Source: Pseudomonadota bacterium (GTDB taxonomy: Bacteria; Bdellovibrionota_B; Oligoflexia; Oligoflexales; CAIMVM01). From it: a DNA stretch of 17,415 nucleotides. Under the pieces are notes generated by a model. That model saw only the letters and a program-made list of their open reading frames with translations. It was not told the origin of the DNA and searched no databases. The position numbers were made by a program, and so were the translations under genes. Shown piece after piece: positions 9,218 to 16,395 of the stretch. Location: the NCBI GenBank assembly GCA_037142195.1, contig JBAXBA010000079.1:1-17415 (forward strand), read 5' to 3'. How positions within the stretch are numbered: position 1 is the first letter of the stretch; each line of letters begins with the position of its first letter.

Positions 9218-10702
9218 TTGAAAATTATACTTTTAAATGAATCGGGGTCTTTATCAAAAGGGTCTGAAAGACTGGTTGTAGTGGGCACTGAGGGTTTTTT
9301 TAAGAAAGAAAAAATATGGTCTGCGTATTTGCCTGAGGGAGCGCTTTCGCTTATTAAAAATGGCATCAAAAGTTTAGTCTCAGGTGCCAACGGTGCTGTT
9401 TATAAAACATTTACAAACGATGCGCATATAAAAGAAGTGGCCTTAGTGGTGCTTCCAGATGAAGTCTCGAGATATAATTCACCAAGTCGCAAACACTCCA
9501 TATTTCAGCACACCCAGTCTTTGTCGACCGGTCGATCCACTTCGATCCTATTGGCGGTAGAAGACGCACAATTTTTGCAAGGAGCCTTAAACGGCCTTGC
9601 AAGATTAGAAAATCGCACCAGCTACAAATCAAAACCTGAAGCAAAAGGGGCAAAGGCTCAAAAATCTCCTGCCCTGACACTTAAAGTATTGCCCGTAGAT
9701 CATATGGGGAAAGTTTTAAAGCCGAGTGAAGGCGCCATAGCTTCTATGGAAGGCGTCGCATGGGCTGCGGCACTTGTGGATCGTGCGCCTTCGGAGTTAA
9801 ATCCAGAAGTCTTTGCTAAGGAAATTAAAGCCCACTTCAAAGACATCCCTCATGTAAAGATTACAGAATTTGTGGGTGAAGATCTCGTCAAGCACGGTCT
9901 TTGTGGGATGTATGCTGTGGGTAAGGCAGCGACCAAGGCCCCGCGCATGGTGGTTCTTCATTACAAACCTAAAACGCCTAAGAAGATTGTGGCGCTCGTC
10001 GGTAAAGGACTGACCTACGATTCAGGAGGTCTTTCTCTTAAAATTTCTGGCGGTATGGTCGGTATGAAAGGGGACATGGGGGGAGCTGCGGCTGTACTCG
10101 GCGCTTTTCATACTCTGGTTCACTCCCACTGCAAGAACGAAGTGATTGCGGTTTGTGGAATTGTGGAAAATGCCATTGGACCTGAAGCCTATAAAAATGA
10201 CGATATTCTATTCATGCATTCCGGCAAAACGGTAGAAATTAACAATACTGATGCGGAAGGAAGATTGGTATTAGCAGATGCTCTTAGTTGGGTGGCGAGG
10301 AAGTTTAACCCGAAATTGATCATTGACGCTGCCACCTTAACGGGAGCTCAGCTGGTCGCCACCGGGCTTATGCACGCCGGGATAGTTTCAAACGATGAAA
10401 AAACAGAAAAAGAGGCCATCGAGATTGGAAAAGTAACGGGTGATTTAGTTCATCCTCTCATTTTTGCTCCTGAAATTTTTGCAGATGAGTTTAAATCCGC
10501 CATTGCTGATATGAAAAATTCCGTGAAGAATCGATCGAATTCTCCCTCCAGTAGTGCAGGGCAGTTCCTATGGTCTCATATCGAGGATGTCAAGGGACTG
10601 AAGTGGCTCCACATAGATTTAGCGGGACCAGCCTCCTATGGTGACAACCGAGGTACTGGTTTTGGCGTGGCTCTCATTTCAGAAATGGCAAGACTAAGTT
10701 AA
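9218..10702 (+). CDS. Leucyl aminopeptidase, M17 family (NPEPL1-like subgroup)
   Basis: Metal-binding motifs VGKGLTYDSGG, MKGDMGGAA, NTDAEGRL, ATLTGA, WLHIDLAG; TTG start after AGGAAGGA RBS. Confidence 0.95.
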   Translation: MKIILLNESGSLSKGSERLVVVGTEGFFKKEKIWSAYLPEGALSLIKNGIKSLVSGANGAVYKTFTNDAHIKEVALVVLPDEVSRYNSPSRKHSIFQHTQSLSTGRSTSILLAVEDAQFLQGALNGLARLENRTSYKSKPEAKGAKAQKSPALTLKVLPVDHMGKVLKPSEGAIASMEGVAWAAALVDRAPSELNPEVFAKEIKAHFKDIPHVKITEFVGEDLVKHGLCGMYAVGKAATKAPRMVVLHYKPKTPKKIVALVGKGLTYDSGGLSLKISGGMVGMKGDMGGAAAVLGAFHTLVHSHCKNEVIAVCGIVENAIGPEAYKNDDILFMHSGKTVEINNTDAEGRLVLADALSWVARKFNPKLIIDAATLTGAQLVATGLMHAGIVSNDEKTEKEAIEIGKVTGDLVHPLIFAPEIFADEFKSAIADMKNSVKNRSNSPSSSAGQFLWSHIEDVKGLKWLHIDLAGPASYGDNRGTGFGVALISEMARLS

Positions 10703-10740
10703 AGCCCTAGCTTGTAATCACCTAGGGGAGAGGAGCAGTT

Positions 10741-11265
10741 TTGGGTTTACTGAGCACACTTGCATTAGCAAGTTCGATATTAAATTGCGAGTCTATGGTG
10801 GGTAGTCCCTCGTCTTCTATCGTGCAAGTGGTGCGCTGCTACGACGGTGATACTTGCACCTTGAGCACGAAAGAAAAAATTCGTCTCGCGGGAATCGATG
10901 CCCCAGAAAAGAAGGGAACTTTAGGCGGCAAGGGCCAGCCGCGAGCCCAAGAGGCTAAAGTCGCTCTTTCTGACCAAGTGGTCGGAAAGAAGATCAACCT
11001 GATCAGGCACGGGACTGACCGTTACGGCAGAACGGTCGGTGAATTTTGTCAAGGACCGAAATCCATAAATGTCGGGCTCGTAGAGCAAGGTTTTGCCAGG
11101 GTCTACCGGGGAAAAGAAAGCTCTAAGACCATTGATCATGCCTTATTTGACGCAGCAGAAGTGAGCGCCCAAAAAGAAAAATTGGGTATATGGTCAAAGG
11201 AAAATTCTTCAGACGAAAATCAAGACCCTGCTTTGTACCGAAAAAAACTTAAAAATAAATCCTAA
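10741..11265 (+). CDS. Thermonuclease (staphylococcal nuclease family), probably exported
   Basis: YDGDT, IRLAGIDAPE, DRYGRTVG, GFARVY, AQKEKLGIWS motifs; TTG start after GAGGAG; hydrophobic N-terminus. Confidence 0.93.
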   Translation: MGLLSTLALASSILNCESMVGSPSSSIVQVVRCYDGDTCTLSTKEKIRLAGIDAPEKKGTLGGKGQPRAQEAKVALSDQVVGKKINLIRHGTDRYGRTVGEFCQGPKSINVGLVEQGFARVYRGKESSKTIDHALFDAAEVSAQKEKLGIWSKENSSDENQDPALYRKKLKNKS

Positions 11266-11270
11266 CGGTC

Positions 11271-11292
11271 AGGACCCTATCGGGTCCTTTTG
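11271..11292 (+). terminator. Rho-independent terminator of the M17 peptidase-nuclease operon
   Basis: AGGACCC-TATC-GGGTCCT stem followed by TTTGCTTT, 5 bp after the stop codon. Confidence 0.8.
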
Positions 11293-11414
11293 CTTTGGTA
11301 ATCAAGCCTGCGATAAATTCTCTCACAAAATTTTTTTACAGGACGGACATAGAATTTAATAGCAAGTGAATTTACAAAGCAGTTCCCTATGTCTAACTCA
11401 GCAAGTGCATTCTG

Positions 11415-11469
11415 GGGAGTAAGTCCTATCATGTTTTACTAAGATAAGATTCAGATAGTACTTACTCCC
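11415..11469. repeat. Long imperfect palindrome
   Basis: GGGAGTAAGT-c-CTATC ... GATAG-t-ACTTACTCCC; 15 of 16 arm positions are complementary. Confidence 0.7.
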
Positions 11470-11670
11470 TGAAACCTTTTACTTGTGTCAAGTCGAAATT
11501 TTGGGCGGTCGAGGTGGTTTTAAAATGCTAGCGAGTCACTTAGGGAGCTGAAGCAGGAATGACTTCAAAAGTAGCCTGAAGGTTGCATCGTCACATCCGT
11601 GGTAACTTTGGTATATGTTTTCGAAGCGGATCGCTTAAGTATCGGAAGTGGAACATCCAGAGAAAACTGC

Positions 11671-12459
11671 CTAGTTCACCACCTTTGGCCAGCTTCCGCG
11701 AATGGTTCCATGGTGGAGGATATGCTCAGTCTGTTTTAGTTTGGAGAGGTCTTTAAGCACGTTGCCTTTATGGTCTGCAAAGAGACATCCGATGGCTTTT
11801 GCAGGCACCTTTTGAAGGATTTTTCTCGTCTGTTCCAGGAGTGCCAGAAGATTTTTTTTCAATTTTACGGGATCGACGGGCTTTGTCAGAGACTCGGCTG
11901 CAAGCTGATCGGGCGTGAATGTCATGTGTCGCTGAATCATCTCCAGCATAAGATCAGGCGTAAAGCCTGGGTCTTTCCCACAAGCGGCGGAAACGATCGC
12001 CGGAAGGGAGAGCACGTAGCGATCAAGCTCGAGGATGTCCAGAGCGTCTCTTACCGCGGAGCGGTTAGCGAGAGCGAGGCATTTATTAATCGCAAGGTCT
12101 ATATCGTGCAGCCTGTAGCCTAACTCTTCATCATCAACGACGGGGAAATATCGAAACGCTGTATCGCGAACCCATTCTAATTTAAGTTGCTCGTCGGCTT
12201 TTCCGACCGTTGCGCGGTAAAAACTTGGCTGTGATATCTGTGTTTCGAAATTATACCCCGCTGACAGCAGTGTTGCCCGGTCGCTTTGAAACGCGTCAGT
12301 CACAGCCTGATCCGCATCGTGGAAAAAATCGATATCATCTGAAAACCTGAGTGAGTTAGGAGCCCGCTGAATCGCCGTTCCTCCGGCAACATAGCTATCA
12401 GGGCTGCGGTTTGATTTAATGAGTCTAAGGACTGTTTTTTGAAATGCGGTGATGGGCAT
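11671..12459 (-). CDS. AbiEii/AbiGii-family nucleotidyltransferase (putative toxin)
   Basis: YVAGGTAI, RFSDDIDFF (pol-beta-like DxD), LAINKCLAL, RSAVRDALDI motifs typical of AbiEii/MenT-like NTases; TAAGGAG RBS overlapping the upstream stop codon. Confidence 0.88.
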   Translation of the reverse strand: MPITAFQKTVLRLIKSNRSPDSYVAGGTAIQRAPNSLRFSDDIDFFHDADQAVTDAFQSDRATLLSAGYNFETQISQPSFYRATVGKADEQLKLEWVRDTAFRYFPVVDDEELGYRLHDIDLAINKCLALANRSAVRDALDILELDRYVLSLPAIVSAACGKDPGFTPDLMLEMIQRHMTFTPDQLAAESLTKPVDPVKLKKNLLALLEQTRKILQKVPAKAIGCLFADHKGNVLKDLSKLKQTEHILHHGTIRGSWPKVVN

Positions 12460-12471
12460 GATTTTGTCTCC

Positions 12472-12783
12472 TTATTCTAAGTCAAGTTCGGCGGCAAGAC
12501 GAAGCCCTTCTAGGCCCCCGTATTTTCTTAGTCCATTCTGGATAATCGATAAGTTTTCCAACGTAACTTTTAAGTCTTTGCGGAGGTGCCAGAAACACTT
12601 CGCGTGATACTGGGTAAAAATTTGCTGGGCTCTGCCTAGTATATTTTGCGAGCGATGCTCACGGACGCGCCGGTATTCACGCAAAACATCCTGGATCATC
12701 ACCTGATAGCCCTGGGGCGCTTCTTTCTTAAACCAGTCAAGAAGGTCGGTCTCAAGGCGTATCGAAATGGGAGTTTTTGCCAT
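12472..12783 (-). CDS. Putative antitoxin: BrnA-type ribbon-helix-helix domain fused to a ~60-aa helical domain
   Basis: N-terminus ISIRLETDLLDWFK..GYQVMIQDVLREY matches the BrnA antitoxin DNA-binding consensus; C-terminus CFWHLRKD..IIQNGLRKYGG; GAGG RBS; 12 bp upstream of the NTase. Confidence 0.8.
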   Translation of the reverse strand: MAKTPISIRLETDLLDWFKKEAPQGYQVMIQDVLREYRRVREHRSQNILGRAQQIFTQYHAKCFWHLRKDLKVTLENLSIIQNGLRKYGGLEGLRLAAELDLE

Positions 12784-12792
12784 ATAAACCTC

Positions 12793-12828
12793 GTATATAC
12801 ATTATGTATATACAATCGTAAAAGGCAA
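12793..12828 (-). promoter_or_regulatory. Promoter and palindromic operator of the TA-like operon
   Basis: TTGCCT(12828-12823)-N16-CATAAT(12806-12801); perfect 10-bp inverted repeat GTATATACAT-T-ATGTATATAC (12793-12813) covering the -10. Confidence 0.75.
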
Positions 12829-12844
12829 GAGATAACTTAAGCAG

Positions 12845-12900
12845 CTGCAGCTAAGCAACTGTAATAACAAAGGTTTTTTACGGTGGTCTATGATTTTGGG
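12845..12900 (+). repeat. Stand-alone copy of a ~56-bp motif that also begins both long repeats
   Basis: CTGCAGCTAAG..GTAATAAC..GGTT..GGTGGTCTATGATTTTGG aligns with 12968-13025 and 15165-15220. Confidence 0.7.
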
Positions 12901-12967
12901 CGCTGCGCCAGTTCATGAGCTCTTGCTTTGCAAGATAGTGACGATCAACCACGTCGTTCTAAAAGGT

Positions 12968-13374
12968 CTGCAGCTAAGTTCCGGTGATAGCATAGGTTAT
13001 TTTAAAGGTAGTCTATGACTTTTGGTATTTGGATTCATTTTAAGGTCATCCTTACGGTAGCACTCGCAAGCTACCGTGCTCCAGTTTGAAAGCCATGGAC
13101 ATATATACGTCCCATGTTCGCGTCACAGGAGATTGTGGCTTGAATGGTTAACGAATGTTGCGAGGAGATTGTAAGATTCTGGCGGAGGAAGCTTCCGCCT
13201 CCGAAGGGGAGTGTATAGGCTAGAAAAGCATTCCAGTAAACTGCTCTGTTAGCTTCTAATTTTAATTTTATGCAGCCGCTATTTTTTTGAGTTATCCCAT
13301 TCTGTATTCAGTGCGCTCACCAGAAACGATTTCTTCAGGAGTCGCGGCTTTTAGTGCGGAATTGGGAATTCGAA
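12968..13374 (+). repeat. Long direct repeat copy 1 (~407 bp): motif + hairpins + IS-like end + transposase stub
   Basis: Aligns with 15165-15571 at roughly 85% identity by eye; both copies end at GAATTCGAA. Confidence 0.92.
13218..13372 (-). pseudogene. 3' remnant of a DDE integrase-core transposase (copy 1)
   Basis: Translates RIPNSALKAATPEEIVSGERTEYRMG*LKKIAAA/(frameshift)KLKLEANRAV, resembling the PHSALxGxTPxE ... R.EANR C-terminus of rve-type transposases. Confidence 0.6.
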
Positions 13375-13462
13375 TTAAGTGAATTCAGTAATATTCAATG
13401 GAAATTTCTGTTCGGAGATAGCTAGGAAACTAAGGCATGTTAAGACGAGTCAAAGACTGCAT

Positions 13463-13492
13463 TTGACAATCAATTCTAGCAACATGTAAAAT
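13463..13492 (+). promoter_or_regulatory. Sigma70-type promoter for the 13541 gene
   Basis: TTGACA-N18-TAAAAT, 48 bp upstream of the ATG; AGAGGA RBS. Confidence 0.6.
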
Positions 13493-13540
13493 ACTGAAAT
13501 CCACGATCCCGACTTACAATTTTAAGAGCAAAGAGGACTT

Positions 13541-14806
13541 ATGAATAGAAATAGAGCTGTTTTTTTTTCAATAGGGATGTTCTTCTCGCTTTTGACAGCA
13601 AATATTGCTTGCAAAACTGAAATTAAAAACCAAAGCGAAGAGTTGTCCGCAAATGGCGGGTACGAAAACTATAATAGACTTCCAGAAACTGCTTGCTTAG
13701 CCCCATCAAGAGCATTTGATGAGATGAATCCTGAAAACAATTTAGAGTTCGCCGAGCGAGAAAATGGAGCTCCCGACACCGCTGAAGTCACCGATGACGC
13801 TCTTTCCTTTTTAATCCAGTCACAATTGACAAGTTGCTCAACCGAAATTGCATCAATTATAGAAAAGCCCGAGGGCACATCCTTTGGTCTAGCGAATGTA
13901 AATTTGCCAGCAGTTTGGAAAAATACGAGCGTTGCCTTTACTAAACTCAAGGGAACTCTTAAACAGTTGAGAGTTTTTTATGCAAACGGCAGAAGCCTAG
14001 TTTTGACTATCTCAAAAGCTAGGAAATCTCAACTTCTAAGCTCCTTAGACCGTATTAAGCTTTTCCCTAACAGCAATCGAGTCGCTAAGTATACTGGGCC
14101 AAGAATAGTGACCAGTGAGGTTGCTAGTGCCAATAGATACGCTCTGATCATGCGATCTTTAGAAAAAAATAGGAGCGAGCAGTTTGTCAAATTCAAAGCC
14201 TATCTTGCTTCTTCAGAATTCGCGGCGATTAAAATCAACTATAATAATTACGACATAGAGTCAAATGATCCTAATATTGTCAAAGGCATCGAATCTATTT
14301 TTGACCTCGTATCTGATCCTAAAGCTGTATTTTCACAAATTCAAAATCTCGAGTTTGATGTCGCCAAGAGAATGGCGACTAAAGGCGAGTCGATGGAGGA
14401 TGCCTTAGAAGCAATACTCACTGCTACAGAGAAGAAACACAAATTTCTTTCCGCTTTTGATCTCCAGACAAGCCTAACGCAGGATGATTTGAAAAAGCCA
14501 GCCTTATTCCGAGATAAGTTTTTTAAACCAGGTAGTTCCCATGGTGTTCAAATTCACCGCATTCAGTGGAATATTATCATGCGCCATTTGGATGAGAATC
14601 CTTTCCTAAAGAATAAAATTAATGCCGCCCAGCTTTATGTAAAATTCGGCGAAGGTATTCCGAGCAAGGGAATCACCGGAAAAACCCCGAACTGGGCGGA
14701 TGCATGGAATGACTTGTTCGATGCTTTTGGACAGGATCTTGGATGCCCTGAGAAATGGCGGGGAGTTCTCACACAATTTCTTCCCACGCTGGCGGGATGG
14801 CCCTGA
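13541..14806 (+). CDS. Putative lipoprotein with C-terminal LirA/MavJ (DUF5636)-like domain (421 aa)
   Basis: Signal peptide ending NIA-C; C-terminal LFRD..SHGVQIHRIQW..W.DLFD recalls the FxD-HGxxxHxxQW motif of that family. The ORF is secure; the family call is tentative. Confidence 0.8.
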   Translation: MNRNRAVFFSIGMFFSLLTANIACKTEIKNQSEELSANGGYENYNRLPETACLAPSRAFDEMNPENNLEFAERENGAPDTAEVTDDALSFLIQSQLTSCSTEIASIIEKPEGTSFGLANVNLPAVWKNTSVAFTKLKGTLKQLRVFYANGRSLVLTISKARKSQLLSSLDRIKLFPNSNRVAKYTGPRIVTSEVASANRYALIMRSLEKNRSEQFVKFKAYLASSEFAAIKINYNNYDIESNDPNIVKGIESIFDLVSDPKAVFSQIQNLEFDVAKRMATKGESMEDALEAILTATEKKHKFLSAFDLQTSLTQDDLKKPALFRDKFFKPGSSHGVQIHRIQWNIIMRHLDENPFLKNKINAAQLYVKFGEGIPSKGITGKTPNWADAWNDLFDAFGQDLGCPEKWRGVLTQFLPTLAGWP

Positions 14807-15164
14807 GGCTTGAGGATCTAAATTTGATATCATAGAGTAATTGAGGAATAGAATTACCCGAATATCGAACTATTTATTTTGTAGGATTTGGTTACTGCCG
14901 AATCCTGAATATCTTCTAATGCTTCTTGGTAGCAAGATTTAACTCGCCATCGGAATTTGCGGGTCCATTCAAGAGTTGTTGCCATGCAGCGAACCAAGGC
15001 ATCTTCCCATAATTTCGGTGAATTTTCCCGTGGTCCTAACAAACTTCTCAATCAATCCGATAGGCCTTCTCATGCATTTTAGTAGGATTAAAATCGATGG
15101 AAAGATCAGAGTACCGGCATTATGACCCTCGGTTTATCAACTCTTAGGGAGTGAAAGAAGAAGT

Positions 15165-15571
15165 CCTTAGCTAAGGCCCGCAATAGCTTAGTTATTTATG
15201 AGGTGGTCCATGACTTTTGGCCATTTGGATTCCTTTTCAGGTCATCCCTACGGTAGCACTCGTAAGCTACCGTGCTCCATTTTGAAAGCCATTAACATAT
15301 ATACGTCCCATGTTCGCGTCACAGGAGATTGTGACTTGAATGGCTACCGAATATTGCGAGGAGATTATAAGATTCTGGGTACAGGAAGATTCTCCTGCCG
15401 AAACTGAGGACATAGGTTAGAAATTCCTTCCAGCGAATTGCTCGGTTAGCTTCTAATTTTAATTTTCTGCATCCGCTATTTTTTTGAGCTATCCCATTCT
15501 GTAGTCAGTGCGCTTACCAAAGACGATTTCTTAAGGAGTTGCGCCTTTTAGTGCGGAGTTGCGAATTCGAA
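15165..15571 (+). repeat. Long direct repeat copy 2 (~407 bp)
   Basis: Aligns with 12968-13374; shares an identical 38-bp block CATATATACGTCCCATGTTCGCGTCACAGGAGATTGTG. Confidence 0.92.
15415..15569 (-). pseudogene. 3' remnant of a DDE integrase-core transposase (copy 2)
   Basis: Translates RIRNSALKGATP*EIVFGKRTDYRMG*LKKIADA/(frameshift)KLKLEANRAIR; same stop position and frameshift as copy 1. Confidence 0.6.
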
Positions 15572-15590
15572 GGTGTCTACTTACCCATAC

Positions 15591-16268
15591 CTAGCGTTCA
15601 ATTTCCTCTATGAATTCGACGGGGCGGGAACACGGGCTTTCTGACTCAAGACCTAGACTCATAGCGCGCTTGATGGCCTGTCGGAAAATATCCAACTCAG
15701 CTTTACTAGCAGCTGACTTTTTGCCCACTTTGCCTTCGCCATTTCGCAATGAAACTTTTCCCTCACTAGCTCCTCGCATTTCCATTAAAGCCTGAATGAT
15801 CTTAGGAGTATTTTTAATGCAGTTATGGGCAGCCCAAGAACCATTTACGCCTAAAGCAATAGCGCTAGTCCCGGCAGTCTGTAGGGCGACATATAATGAT
15901 ACCGCAGAAATTCCGCAAGGAACAAAATCACCCCCAGCCGAGGCTAATTTTTCGATCAATAGTTTCTGAAGCTGCTCTTCAATCTGTGCATCTGCAATTG
16001 CATAAGAATTTATGCGAACGGAGTGAATCATCGCCTGCTTTTCATCAAGTCTTTCGCTCTTACTGCTAGCTTCTTTGTAATACCAACAGCTTTTGGCAAT
16101 ATTGTCCTGGGAGGAATCTGCTGGACGATTCCACAAGTAGAGCTTATTAGCTCCATAGCTACTTTCCAAACCCTTAGGGTCTGAAGCCGATTCTCCTGGC
16201 TTTGTGTGGTTACAGCTAGAAAAAAACAAGCCGCTAACAAGAAGAATCATGGAGGGATAAAACATCAA
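15591..16268 (-). CDS. Hypothetical lipoprotein (~224 aa)
   Basis: Lipobox FSS-C; AAAGGA RBS (favours ATG at 16265 over TTG 16268); internal Gly/Ala-rich hydrophobic stretch bounded by two Cys. Confidence 0.82.
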   Translation of the reverse strand: MMFYPSMILLVSGLFFSSCNHTKPGESASDPKGLESSYGANKLYLWNRPADSSQDNIAKSCWYYKEASSKSERLDEKQAMIHSVRINSYAIADAQIEEQLQKLLIEKLASAGGDFVPCGISAVSLYVALQTAGTSAIALGVNGSWAAHNCIKNTPKIIQALMEMRGASEGKVSLRNGEGKVGKKSAASKAELDIFRQAIKRAMSLGLESESPCSRPVEFIEEIER

Positions 16269-16365
16269 CGTTTCCTTTTATTTAAATAGACTTAACAAAA
16301 GCTCATCTTACAGTCTAAAAAGATTTGACCGTCATATTTTCAATTAGAAATCAATTCAACATGTC

Positions 16366-16395
16366 ATTATAGTTTTATCTGTTTCTACAAGTCAA
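16366..16395 (-). promoter_or_regulatory. Sigma70-type promoter for the 16268 gene
   Basis: Minus strand TTGACT-N18-TATAAT, about 100 bp upstream of the start. Confidence 0.6.

Noticed and set aside
11498..12902. 10-bp direct repeat ATTTTGGGCG flanking the TA operon (11498-11507, 12893-12902) as a target-site duplication
   Set aside because: A 10-mer match between intergenic regions of several hundred bp is plausible by chance, and the second copy is part of the three-copy motif.
12845..13025. CRISPR array
   Set aside because: Only two adjacent, degenerate ~56-bp units; no regular spacers and no cas genes.
6986..14833. Short ORFs 6986, 8193, 8568, 8797, 9154, 9411, 10921, 11770, 12646, 13669, 14606
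   Set aside because: Overlap real genes on the opposite strand or in another frame, or have non-protein-like composition.
15198..15407. 69-aa ORF inside repeat copy 2
   Set aside because: The equivalent frame in copy 1 is frameshifted and stopped, and it runs across hairpins and the IS-like end.
13468..16364. Shared AATCAATTC..AACATGT word near both lipoprotein promoters
   Set aside because: AT-rich, gapped match in opposite orientation relative to the two genes; likely chance.
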